Virus record (IMG/VR): IMGVR_UViG_3300027566_000017 | Location: 1 to 38,161 of that record | Direction: 5' to 3' (one strand) | DNA: 38,161 bases | DNA from: a virus | Taxonomy: Duplodnaviria; Caudoviricetes | Part shown: positions 7,822 through 16,748 of the stretch, piece by piece | How positions within the stretch are numbered: position 1 is the stretch's first letter | How the letters are laid out: each line of letters starts with the position of its first letter | Position numbers and translations under genes: made by a program | The notes under the pieces: model-generated | The model's database searches: none | Seen by the model: the letters and a program-made list of their open reading frames with translations, nothing else | Told to the model about the DNA's origin: nothing

Positions 7822-8225
7822 TGGCCCGCCGATTAAAAGTAAGGCCAAAAGGCCCGAAGCCTCGATACAATATTCCAGAAATTAAAAGGAGAATCCTTAC
7901 GGGTGAGTTGTACAAAGATATAGCCGGTGATGTCGGGTGCAATCCATCTTGGGTGAGTAGGATAGGGCTGAGTATTGGGGAAAAACGGTTGAAGCGGTGT
8001 AGGATAGATATTGCAAATTATGAGCAAATTTTAGTTTTGATATCCTCTGAGAGATTGAATATTAAAAATATCGGGATCCGTATTGGAAAATCAGAGGTAT
8101 GTGCTGGAAGGGACGTGAAGATATTAGAGAAGAGAGGTTATGTAAAAAAGCTGTTTGATGGGAGAAATAGAATTGTTGTATTAACTGATAACGGGAAGAC
8201 GTTGATTGGTGGGGTGAGGGTGTGA
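7821..8225 (+). CDS. Double HTH/winged-helix (MarR-like) DNA-binding protein
   Basis: YKDIAGDVGCNPSWVSRI HTH; LEKRGYVKK...DGRNRIVVLTDNGK MarR-type wing. Confidence 0.75.
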   Translation: MARRLKVRPKGPKPRYNIPEIKRRILTGELYKDIAGDVGCNPSWVSRIGLSIGEKRLKRCRIDIANYEQILVLISSERLNIKNIGIRIGKSEVCAGRDVKILEKRGYVKKLFDGRNRIVVLTDNGKTLIGGVRV

Positions 8226-8226
8226 G

Positions 8227-8457
8227 TTATTTAAATCTAAAAACCAGTGATTTTCCGGACCTTATAACCTCAACTAATTCCTTTTCCTCTAATTCCAGGA
8301 GACGGTCTTTAACATATCTTGCATCTACTTTTTGGTCTTCAGGTAGATTTTCGTTGATTTTATCAGCTACCAAAAAGGCAGGAATGAAAGCCTCTTCTAT
8401 TGCTTTGCGCAAGCCTGTTAATATTTCATCATCAGTTTTCCTTTGTTCTGCAGCCAT
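8227..8457 (-). CDS. Small winged-helix regulator
   Basis: ATG at 8457 (MAAEQRKTDDEIL); RLLELEEKELVEVIRSGKSLVF winged-helix pattern. Confidence 0.65.
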   Translation of the reverse strand: MAAEQRKTDDEILTGLRKAIEEAFIPAFLVADKINENLPEDQKVDARYVKDRLLELEEKELVEVIRSGKSLVFRFK

Positions 8458-8583
8458 ACAAACTCTGGATATTATTTTATCATTATTGTATTTAAGTATT
8501 GCGTTAAACGCGACGTTAAACGATAAGGTTATATACAACTCGTTTCATATAACGTATTCAGGGAATTATACAGGTGATTTACA

Positions 8584-8943
8584 TTGAATCTTGTAAATGG
8601 TATGGACCTTGATTTACTCTTGGAGGATCTTGCTTACACAAAAAAGAGAGTGTACGAGCTAGAAGAAACTCAAGAAAAACTCATCAAATTTTTAAAAGCA
8701 AGGTTCCCTAAGTTTGATAATCAGCTTAAGAAGCTACTTCAAGATCCTGAAGAACAGAAGAGAAGGTCACGACCTAAAAACGCTTATTCTTCATTTGGTC
8801 AAGAGGAAGAAGGCCTTTCTACTGAAGATGCTATAGCTCAGTGTTTAACTGCAAAATCTGTTTCTGTTGATCCTGTTTTGAAAAAAGTTGGAATTTGTTG
8901 GAAAGAAGTTAAACCTGAAATTCCAGCGAGTCTAAGGGGGTGA
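8584..8943 (+). CDS. Hypothetical protein with N-terminal coiled coil
   Basis: AGGTGA SD, TTG start, 119 aa. Confidence 0.7.
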   Translation: MNLVNGMDLDLLLEDLAYTKKRVYELEETQEKLIKFLKARFPKFDNQLKKLLQDPEEQKRRSRPKNAYSSFGQEEEGLSTEDAIAQCLTAKSVSVDPVLKKVGICWKEVKPEIPASLRG

Positions 8944-8957
8944 AAATTCTGTAAAGT

Positions 8958-9097
8958 TACACGTGCCACGTGTAGTACACGTGTGATCAAAACCCCCAAA
9001 CCCCCAAAATAAACACTATCAGCTGAATATTCAGCGTATAAAAATAGCCGAGGCTATTTTTTTAGTGTAGTACACGTGCGTGTACTACACGTGTAGC
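8958..9097. repeat. Dense palindrome and iteron cluster built on CACGTG cores
   Basis: TACACGTG-C-CACGTGTA (8958-8974); GTGTAGTACACGTG at 8970 and 9065; 12-bp inverted repeat 9065-9090; GCTGAATATTCAGC; AAAAATAGCC-GA-GGCTATTTTT. Confidence 0.85.
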
Positions 9098-9134
9098 TGA
9101 ATAAACTCCAACCCTCTGTAGACTTTCGCTGGAG

Positions 9135-9701
9135 GTGAAAATATTGAAGTTAGCAAAAATAGACAAAACAATAAAAGTAGATCCTGTTAAAATGTCTTTA
9201 TTCGATAACACAAAAAACATTCACGGTATGCTAATCTCAGAATTTATTGATCAAAAACTAGAAGAATTTCTCTCAATTCACGCTCCAGACGAAATGCAGA
9301 AAATACGTATTCAGAAATTAAGGACTGAACTATCTGAAGCCGAGCACACACTTCCTGAAATTGAATTTATGATGAAACAAAGAAAAAGTCAGCAAAAGAA
9401 AACAGTGGAAGAAGTAACAATTCCAGACGTTGACTCGATATTTTATGAAAAATTCGAGGAGATAAAGACCTATCTTGCAAATCAGATTAACAGGAAGACA
9501 ATTGATTGGAAATACATCACTGAGACTTATAAATTCAAAGATAGGGATACGGCAGAGGCCATTGTAAGAGGGTTACTGAAAGACAACAGTCTCTTAGGTT
9601 GTGTAGCTTGTAAAAAATGGAACTCCAAGACAGAGTATTGTAGTACTTATAGAAAATCCACGGATGCCGACAATACATGTGGAAATTGGGTAAAAAGGTG
9701 A
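9135..9701 (+). CDS. Hypothetical DNA-binding protein with C-terminal four-Cys domain
   Basis: GGAGGTGA SD (start probably TTG 9144); RHH-like N-terminus; CVAC...YC...TCGNW. Confidence 0.7.
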   Translation: MKILKLAKIDKTIKVDPVKMSLFDNTKNIHGMLISEFIDQKLEEFLSIHAPDEMQKIRIQKLRTELSEAEHTLPEIEFMMKQRKSQQKKTVEEVTIPDVDSIFYEKFEEIKTYLANQINRKTIDWKYITETYKFKDRDTAEAIVRGLLKDNSLLGCVACKKWNSKTEYCSTYRKSTDADNTCGNWVKR

Positions 9702-9708
9702 AATTTCA

Positions 9709-10290
9709 ATGAATCAAAAAATAAGATTTCAAGCTTTAGAAAGAGATAACTTTACGTGTCGATATTGTGGGAGAAAACCCCCAGAAGTAATAATTGAAGC
9801 AGATCACTTAATTCCTGTTCACTTAGGTGGAAAAGACGATCTAGATAATTTAATAACAGCTTGTAGAGAATGTAATAAAGGCAAGGCAGATAATATAATC
9901 GGATATTCAAAATTGAGATATTTAAGGGAATTTGATACTAACAATCAAAAACTTAAGTTTTTAAATAAAAACGTAGAGAAGTTCATCATTTCTCTTAACC
10001 TATATGCCGAGAAAATAAAAAAGAATAAAATCGAGTCTCTTTCTATTTTTTATGAGTATTTAGATAACCATGACGGAAATTTAAATCCTTATGATTTGAG
10101 GTTTAAGAATTTAGATGAAAGTATTGAAGATTTTAAAGACAGATACTTAATTTCAACTAAAGAAGAGCTCTTAGAGTCGATTTCCATTCTGGAAAATATT
10201 GATAATCCACTTGAAATTGTCAATTTTTCTCATCCCATTATGACTGTGAAAGAGGACAAATTAAGACGTTATTATTCAAGAAGGAGCTGA
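9709..10290 (+). CDS. HNH endonuclease
   Basis: RDNFTCRYCG...DHLIP...GG...NLITACRECNKGK. Confidence 0.92.
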   Translation: MNQKIRFQALERDNFTCRYCGRKPPEVIIEADHLIPVHLGGKDDLDNLITACRECNKGKADNIIGYSKLRYLREFDTNNQKLKFLNKNVEKFIISLNLYAEKIKKNKIESLSIFYEYLDNHDGNLNPYDLRFKNLDESIEDFKDRYLISTKEELLESISILENIDNPLEIVNFSHPIMTVKEDKLRRYYSRRS

Positions 10291-10316
10291 AAAGACCTTT
10301 TACATATTGCTAAATT

Positions 10317-10553
10317 ATGCTTCTCAATAAACATACCCAGAAAAAACAAACACAAACATTCAAACATAATCCGAATTTCAAATTTACATTTCCTGGACCC
10401 GAAGGCTATAACTTCCCTACAGGCCATTCTCATAACTCACCTTGTATGGATTCTTACTGGAGGTCCTTATCTATCCGGCCGGGGAAGAAAAGAGATGAGA
10501 TTGAACATGAAGAAAAACCAGAAGAGGAAGAAGGAGAGGAGGGATACTTATAA
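10317..10553 (+). CDS. Hypothetical protein with acidic C-terminus
   Basis: 78-aa ORF with ATG start. Confidence 0.4.
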   Translation: MLLNKHTQKKQTQTFKHNPNFKFTFPGPEGYNFPTGHSHNSPCMDSYWRSLSIRPGKKRDEIEHEEKPEEEEGEEGYL

Positions 10554-11313
10554 AATTCACGCCTGAAAATTCGCATGATTGTAATAAAATACAAACTTTA
10601 TGGAAAAGAGGTTGCTGGGATTGTGTATTCTGTTCTAAATCTACTCCATGTAAAATGAAATTACTCTTTGAAACCCGTATTGAAGAAAAACCTGAAGAGA
10701 AACAAGAACAAGGTAATATGGGGGTTTCTTATGAGACACTTTACACGCTCTAAATAGGTTTTAATTTACAAAGTTAAGAACCCAAAGGACGGTCTGATAT
10801 GGATACATAGGGAATTTTTCAGAAGCATTGATGATCTAATTAAATTTGAAAAAACTAAGAAAAATACCTATGATGTTGTTCAAGATGTCTATAGGGGCCC
10901 AATAAAACAGGCTCCAAACGTTTCTTGTTAAAAAAATCAAAAATCCGAAGAGGAAGAAGATGAAACGGAGTAAACAAAAATACAAACATGTAATTATCGG
11001 CTGCAATCTCAGATTTGGAGCAACTGAAGAAACTTTCAAATCGTGTGATACATGCAGTCTTACGAGGACTGATAATGAATGTTTGGATGATATTATGGTT
11101 GCTGAACGGCATTATGTCTATCAAAAGGTAAGCTGTTAAAGGTGATTCCCCCAATGCAAATCTGGCTATGTTCCCTATGTTCTCCATCTCATTCCTGTCC
11201 ATTTCCATTTTTTGACCCTACAGCTCCTGAGTGGTGCCCGTACAATATCAGGAAACCTGTGTTTAAGAAAACAGATCTTGAAAAAGACGATATTATTTTT
11301 TTATTTAACTCCA

Positions 11314-11337
11314 GTTAACGGCGTTAACATTATAAAA
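11314..11337. promoter_or_regulatory. Late-module palindrome GTTAAC-GGC-GTTAAC followed by ATTATAAAA, upstream of terS
   Basis: 24 bp identical to 32723-32746 region upstream of the protease gene. Confidence 0.75.
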
Positions 11338-11363
11338 ACAACTGACAATATATAAGTGATATT

Positions 11364-11852
11364 ATGGCGGTCCAGAAGAAAAAGACAAAACCGGTAAAAA
11401 ATAAAACCCCAAAACCTCCGGTTTTCAAATGGACTCCTCAAAGAAAACGAGCAGCTCTTCTACTATCGGAAGGCACTAATAATTATGAAGATGTAGCTGC
11501 TATAGTGGGGGTTAATGAAAGAACTCTATATGACTGGAGACAATCGGATATTTTTTTAAAAGAAGTCGATAGATTAACTCTTGAAAACGAGAAGGCAACG
11601 AAAGCCGGATTGGTTAGACTCGCGTTGAAGGCCATGAAAGAAAAGGAAGACAAGCTCAAGGAAGATAAAAATACTGTTTTGGATTGGGCTGAATTCCTAT
11701 CAGATATTCAGAGTATTAAAACCCAGAAACATGAAATCAACGCTAATATAAAAGGCGAACTCGAGGGAGCGCGTGAACTACTCGCAGGCAGAATTGCTGG
11801 CATTGCTTCCAGACTCAGAACAAATGAGCTTCTGGAAAAGCCTGACGAATGA
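11364..11852 (+). CDS. terS: Terminase small subunit (N-terminal HTH)
   Basis: HTH YEDVAAIVGVNERTLYDW; directly precedes and overlaps terL. Confidence 0.8.
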   Translation: MAVQKKKTKPVKNKTPKPPVFKWTPQRKRAALLLSEGTNNYEDVAAIVGVNERTLYDWRQSDIFLKEVDRLTLENEKATKAGLVRLALKAMKEKEDKLKEDKNTVLDWAEFLSDIQSIKTQKHEINANIKGELEGARELLAGRIAGIASRLRTNELLEKPDE

Positions 11853-13122
11853 ACAGGCACTAGCTCTTAATTATGATTGGCAGTTTTGGGCTCGACCTGC
11901 TCAAATGCTTCCGATGGGAGACTGGTTTACCTGGATGTTACTATCGGGTCGCGGTTATGGAAAAAGTCGCGTGGGAGCAGAAACAGTTATCAAATGGGCA
12001 TCCGAAGGATATTCGCCTATCGCGTTAGTAGGCCAGACTAAGGCAGATGTCCGGGATACCATGGTAGAGCTCGGGGAAAGCTCAATTTTAAAAGTGGCAC
12101 CTCCATGGTTTTATCCTGAATACGAGCCTTCGAAGAGAAGGCTTACTTTTCCTAATGGTTCTGTATGCATTATCTACTCAGGGGATGAACCTAACCAGCT
12201 CAGAGGTCCTCAGCACCAAAAAGCCTGGGTGGACGAGCTGGCAAAATTCAAAAAAGCAAGGGAAACCTGGGACAACCTTGAATTTGGCCTGCGCCAGGGC
12301 GATAACCCTCAGGTTGTCTGCACGACCACTCCAAGACCAATAAGGCTGATTAAAGATATTGTTGCAGATAAACGAACCGTAATAACTAAAGGGAACACAC
12401 TTGAAAACGCAACTAACCTGAATCCTCTATTTTTAAATCGGATGCTCGAAAAATACAGCGGGACACGTCAAGGCAGGCAGGAACTTAACGGAGATATCCT
12501 GGACGATAATCCCAATGCTCTTTGGAAGATGAAATGGATTGATGATGCAAGAGTTACGAGCGCCCCAGAGCTAGATAAAATCGCTGTAGGTGTAGATCCT
12601 GCAGTAACATCAAACCCAAATTCTAATGCAACTGGTATTATCGTTGCAGGTTCTACCAGCAAAGGAGCTCCGGATAAAAAAACAGGAAGACCGGTCCCAC
12701 ATTATTATATTTTGGGAGACTATACGATACAAGGAACCCCTCACGAATGGGCTGTAGCTACCGTAAGCGCATATAATAAACATAACGCTGATAAAGTAAT
12801 TGGAGAAGTAAATAACGGTGGTGATCTCGTGGAAGCCAACGTGAAATCTGTAGGTGCAAATATACCTTTCAAGGATGTTCATGCCTCCAGAGGGAAAGCT
12901 GCCAGAGCAGAACCTGTGAGTTCTCTTTATGAGCAGGGTCGTGTTCATCATGTGGGGTATTTCCCAGAGCTAGAAGAAGAGCAGACCGACTGGGTCCCAG
13001 GAGAAGGAGAATCTCCAAACAGAATAGATGCGGAAGTTTGGGCCATCTGGTATTTAATGGGTGGTCCACAAGGATCTGATGATTTCACCCTATCCAACAT
13101 GGCAAGAACTCGCTCAAGATAA
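11773..13122 (+). CDS. terL: Terminase large subunit
   Basis: Walker A GRGYGKS, Walker B WVDE, TTT coupling motif, RNase H-like VGVDPA and C-terminal NRIDA; GGGAG SD before GTG. Confidence 0.97.
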   Translation: MNYSQAELLALLPDSEQMSFWKSLTNEQALALNYDWQFWARPAQMLPMGDWFTWMLLSGRGYGKSRVGAETVIKWASEGYSPIALVGQTKADVRDTMVELGESSILKVAPPWFYPEYEPSKRRLTFPNGSVCIIYSGDEPNQLRGPQHQKAWVDELAKFKKARETWDNLEFGLRQGDNPQVVCTTTPRPIRLIKDIVADKRTVITKGNTLENATNLNPLFLNRMLEKYSGTRQGRQELNGDILDDNPNALWKMKWIDDARVTSAPELDKIAVGVDPAVTSNPNSNATGIIVAGSTSKGAPDKKTGRPVPHYYILGDYTIQGTPHEWAVATVSAYNKHNADKVIGEVNNGGDLVEANVKSVGANIPFKDVHASRGKAARAEPVSSLYEQGRVHHVGYFPELEEEQTDWVPGEGESPNRIDAEVWAIWYLMGGPQGSDDFTLSNMARTRSR

Positions 13123-13150
13123 TTTATATATTATAATACAAATTGTAACT

Positions 13151-13269
13151 GAGTGATGTTAGACTGTCTACACGTCTCTCTATGTCCCTACTCCAGGAAG
13201 ACAGTCTAACAACTCCCTGCATCTTAATGCGATTAGCTAAAGCCTAACTTTCCAGGGCTAGGCTTTAGC
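13151..13269 (+). ncRNA. Candidate two-hairpin sRNA between terL and the portal operon
   Basis: 13-bp stem 13157-13169/13199-13211, 11-bp stem 13236-13246/13259-13269, TATA TTTATATA at 13123-13130. Confidence 0.45.
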
Positions 13270-13350
13270 AAAAACCCTAAAAATATTGCTTTTACCCGGA
13301 CTTTTTTCAATAATACATACTTTTTTATTCTTAAACATCTATTTTTTATA

Positions 13351-13369
13351 TTGTTAACAGCGTTAACAA
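13351..13369. promoter_or_regulatory. Late-module palindrome TTGTTAAC-AGC-GTTAACAA
   Basis: Perfect 8-bp arms, next to a TATA-like TTTTATA and directly before the GGAGG SD. Confidence 0.75.
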
Positions 13370-13385
13370 GTCTGGAGGATTTCTT

Positions 13386-13721
13386 ATGACAATGACACCA
13401 GAATTATTGGATTCTTACCTTAAAGTGATAATTGGTGCTTTGATCACTCTAATTGGTTCGTATCTTTCGCTCAGAGCCACTGGCAGAATCGTGTATCCTG
13501 CAGAAAAGATCGAGGCTGGAAAGGCTAAGATCAAGTCCTTGGTTGAAAGCAATGCAGCCCTCGAAAATGTTGCTGAGCTTGTCGGAAATATCTCAGTTGA
13601 CGAACTGAACAGCATCATTGCGAAGGGAAAGGAGCTTGACAACTCCCCTGAGCTCCCAGTCGAACAGAAAGCCCTGGTCATAGGAACTATGTTTTTAGAG
13701 GCTATGAAGAGCCCTGTGTAG
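13386..13721 (+). CDS. Small membrane protein with one N-terminal TM helix; holin-like possibility
   Basis: Hydrophobic VIIGALITLIGSYLSL followed by a helical soluble domain; GGAGG SD. Confidence 0.6.
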   Translation: MTMTPELLDSYLKVIIGALITLIGSYLSLRATGRIVYPAEKIEAGKAKIKSLVESNAALENVAELVGNISVDELNSIIAKGKELDNSPELPVEQKALVIGTMFLEAMKSPV

Positions 13722-13725
13722 TGAT

Positions 13726-14961
13726 TTGATGCCTACGATTGATGCAGCTGTCTCTCAACCACGAAGCGAGTTTAGATTAGCTGCTGCTGCTGGAGTTCTT
13801 GAGAAAAAAGACAATCCTACTGAATTTGGGGATTATACTAATTTTGATACAACGAATCGCTTTTTTAGATATCAGCAATTGGTTAAGAGTACTCCTTATG
13901 CAAGCATCGGAATGATGAAACTCAAGACCAGCTTGACAAAGGGGATGGATTTCGACGGTAAGAAAACCGTTGTAAAAGAGTTTCAGAAATGGGCTAAGAG
14001 AACAAATCTCATAGGCCAGGTTCAAACTGTTGCCGGCTCCCTGTTCAGGGACGGGACCTTTGCAGGCCGGGCAGTTGGAAACGCAGATAAACTGAAGCTC
14101 AGGCCTCTTATCATGGGATATACTACTATAATCCCTGAAGGGTTTGATCCCAAAACTTCAGGTAAACAACTGCTTGAACCAGATCCTAAATTTTTCATCG
14201 TGAACGAAGGGTCGACGGGTACAGTTAAAGAGATACCCTACAGGGCAGATCAGGTCATTTACGGGACCATAAACGAGTGGGATTCAAAGCAGCTGGACCT
14301 GAAGAAAAGGGAGACCATCGGCTTGTATGGTGAAAGCCTGGTAGATCCCATCGAGCTCTCAATTCGGTACTTGCATATCATCAACCAGGGCTATGTCGAG
14401 TTTGTCAGAAAATACGGCATGGGTCGGTATTCTTATTCTTTTCCTTTCATGGAGATGCTAGTCGAAAAAGGAATAATTTCTTTTGATAAATTTCAGAAAG
14501 AAATCGACGCCTGGATGGAAAGTAACAAGAACCTCAGCCAGAACGAAGATCTCGTGGGCATAGCTAAAGCAACTCCTGTAGACGCAATGGGCAAATTAGA
14601 TGTAATGCAGTTTAAAAAGGCCCTCGAGACTGAAATCCAGCTTGGGTTCTTGCAGTCTGATCTCTCTATGGGGGATTCGAAGGGGAGCACTTACGCTGCA
14701 GGTTACGTTTCTGAAAATTCCAGGATGGTAGTTCTGGAAAATCTCCAGCTGAACCTTTCTAACATCGTTAATGATTTCATAAACAGGCGGTTAAGCCTGC
14801 AAAATAAAAGTCCTGATACTGTAGAAATTGTTTTTGACGAGCTCAGCTTACCTCAGATGACAGCTCAGGATATGCTCGAATGGGCAAACACTGGAAAAAT
14901 TACAGACGATGAATTGAGAGAATGGGGAGGTTTCCCAGTTAAACAGGTGGTCACAGAATGA
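13726..14961 (+). CDS. Portal protein
   Basis: 411 aa, position after terL; GDSKGSTYA and GKITDDELREWGGF patterns typical of portals. Confidence 0.85.
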   Translation: MMPTIDAAVSQPRSEFRLAAAAGVLEKKDNPTEFGDYTNFDTTNRFFRYQQLVKSTPYASIGMMKLKTSLTKGMDFDGKKTVVKEFQKWAKRTNLIGQVQTVAGSLFRDGTFAGRAVGNADKLKLRPLIMGYTTIIPEGFDPKTSGKQLLEPDPKFFIVNEGSTGTVKEIPYRADQVIYGTINEWDSKQLDLKKRETIGLYGESLVDPIELSIRYLHIINQGYVEFVRKYGMGRYSYSFPFMEMLVEKGIISFDKFQKEIDAWMESNKNLSQNEDLVGIAKATPVDAMGKLDVMQFKKALETEIQLGFLQSDLSMGDSKGSTYAAGYVSENSRMVVLENLQLNLSNIVNDFINRRLSLQNKSPDTVEIVFDELSLPQMTAQDMLEWANTGKITDDELREWGGFPVKQVVTE

Positions 14962-16748
14962 CATTTTTTTTAAAATCTTTTGTTAATAGTGTTAACAATA
15001 TAAATAAAATTAAATTTAACTTTGCAATATCAATTTTGATTTTTCTAACTTTGGTTTCGTGTGCATCTGCATCAACTAATATTTCTCTTGGTTTTTGGCA
15101 TCCAAATACAAATCCTGAAACTTATCAGCCAAATTGGACAGCATTAACTCACGTTGCAAACATCGATTGGAAAATAAATGCAGACGGGACTCTTATAGAT
15201 AATAACGCAGATACAAATAGACATTCTAACATCATTTTTTCTAATGCAAAAGTACATGGTGTAAAGACATTAATTAGTGCCGGAACAGGCTCATCTAATT
15301 CAGATAATATACTTGCTTACCATCAGGACGAATTTGTTAATAGTGTAGCGGACAAAATCAATCAAACTGGTGCAGAAGGCATTATTCTTGATTTTGAGTA
15401 CCCTTCAAGCACAAATAGTTACACCGGAACCTCAAACACTCCCCTTTTTGAAGAGTTTATGAGAAAACTCTATAAAAAAGTAAAGTCCATAAATCCGGAA
15501 TATACGGTTGCATTCTGTACACCCCCATACTTTGAGGGAGTTACTACAACATTCCAAAACAGAAATTTGAGCAATTATATAGATTTTGTCTTTATTATGG
15601 GTTATGATTATCATTATAATGGTCCTACAGGTGCGAACTCTCCCTATTATAATGATTCTACCAGATATGGGCTTAGATTCTCAATAGCTGAACAATCAAA
15701 GGTTTATGGAAAAGATAAAATTGTTTATGGAGTTCCATTCTACGGATACGAATATATTGCGACATCTAACAGCCCTGGAGCTTCTATTCAATCAGTGATA
15801 GGGGAATTCCATTTAAAAAATGTTGATAAGAAAATCCAGACATACGGTAAACAATGGGATTCTGATTCAAACACTCCATACTATTACTATTTAAATGATA
15901 GTAGCGGGACTAATAAACAAGTTGTTCTAAATAATTGTGATAGTTTAGGATCTACTACTTATGATTATCATGTTAACAGAACTGTAGAAAAAGGATCATA
16001 TAAATCAGTTGCAACTAGAAACAGTTCTGTATTTTTAGTTCTAAGGAATAGTTCAAGATGGGATATATCTTCTGCAAACTATGTCAATCTGGATGTAAAA
16101 GCACCTCTTGGAAAACCTGTAGTAGTTAGGTTATTCTCTGGCCAGGATACGAATTATATTAATTACCGAGTTATAGTAAATGGAAACTGGCAACACATAA
16201 CAATCCCATTTAAACAGATTTCTCCAGTTGGGCGATTCAATCCAGCCAGCCTATATTATATCCGTGTTGATCTCCAAAACGCTGTAGTAGGAGACACTTA
16301 TTATGTTGATAATATTACCACATCTACCGAAGTTGATACCTACCGGCAGGGATGGTATGATGATGCAGAGTCTCTTGCTTTAAAATATCAATATATAAAA
16401 GACCAGGATATTAGAGGTATCGGTTTCTGGGCTTTAGGTTTTGAACCTTCTAATGTTTGGGAGCTCATTCAGCCTGAACTTCCGATGTTGCCCGCTTCAG
16501 TCCTTCCTTGCGCTAATTTTACGACTGTAACTATTTTGGGTAGAGTTCCGTTCAACGTTTCTTTTATCGATGATAGCACAGGCTCACCTACATCATGGTC
16601 TTGGAATTTTGGTGATGGAAATACATCGACTGAGAAGAATCCAACTCATGTATATGGTAAACCCGGAAATTACACAGTTTCGTTGATAGTTAACAACAAC
16701 AACGGAAAGTCTGCAACGACTGGATATAATTATATTAGGGTGATATAA
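14958..16748 (+). CDS. Secreted GH18 glycoside hydrolase with inserted beta-sandwich (CBM-like) domain and C-terminal PKD domain
   Basis: Signal peptide; EGIILDFEYP, IMGYDY, GVPFYG, GIGFWALG motifs; WSWNFGDG...NPTHVY PKD. Confidence 0.88.
   Translation: MTFFLKSFVNSVNNINKIKFNFAISILIFLTLVSCASASTNISLGFWHPNTNPETYQPNWTALTHVANIDWKINADGTLIDNNADTNRHSNIIFSNAKVHGVKTLISAGTGSSNSDNILAYHQDEFVNSVADKINQTGAEGIILDFEYPSSTNSYTGTSNTPLFEEFMRKLYKKVKSINPEYTVAFCTPPYFEGVTTTFQNRNLSNYIDFVFIMGYDYHYNGPTGANSPYYNDSTRYGLRFSIAEQSKVYGKDKIVYGVPFYGYEYIATSNSPGASIQSVIGEFHLKNVDKKIQTYGKQWDSDSNTPYYYYLNDSSGTNKQVVLNNCDSLGSTTYDYHVNRTVEKGSYKSVATRNSSVFLVLRNSSRWDISSANYVNLDVKAPLGKPVVVRLFSGQDTNYINYRVIVNGNWQHITIPFKQISPVGRFNPASLYYIRVDLQNAVVGDTYYVDNITTSTEVDTYRQGWYDDAESLALKYQYIKDQDIRGIGFWALGFEPSNVWELIQPELPMLPASVLPCANFTTVTILGRVPFNVSFIDDSTGSPTSWSWNFGDGNTSTEKNPTHVYGKPGNYTVSLIVNNNNGKSATTGYNYIRVI

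Noticed and set aside
8222-8587. Plus-strand 121-aa ORF coupled to both neighbours
   Set aside because: It is the antisense shadow of the winged-helix gene and Ser-rich; coupling at both ends is curious but not enough to call it
8920-8942. Orc1/Cdc6 ORB element (TTCCAG...GGGGGT)
   Set aside because: Single weak match inside a coding 3' end, lacking the GAAAC core
10836-11208. Minus-strand ORFs upstream of terS
   Set aside because: No recognisable motif and overlapping frames; may be a remnant but cannot be supported
11773-11852. Programmed frameshift fusing terS and terL
   Set aside because: terL has its own SD and GTG; an 80-bp overlap is sufficient explanation and no slippery site is needed
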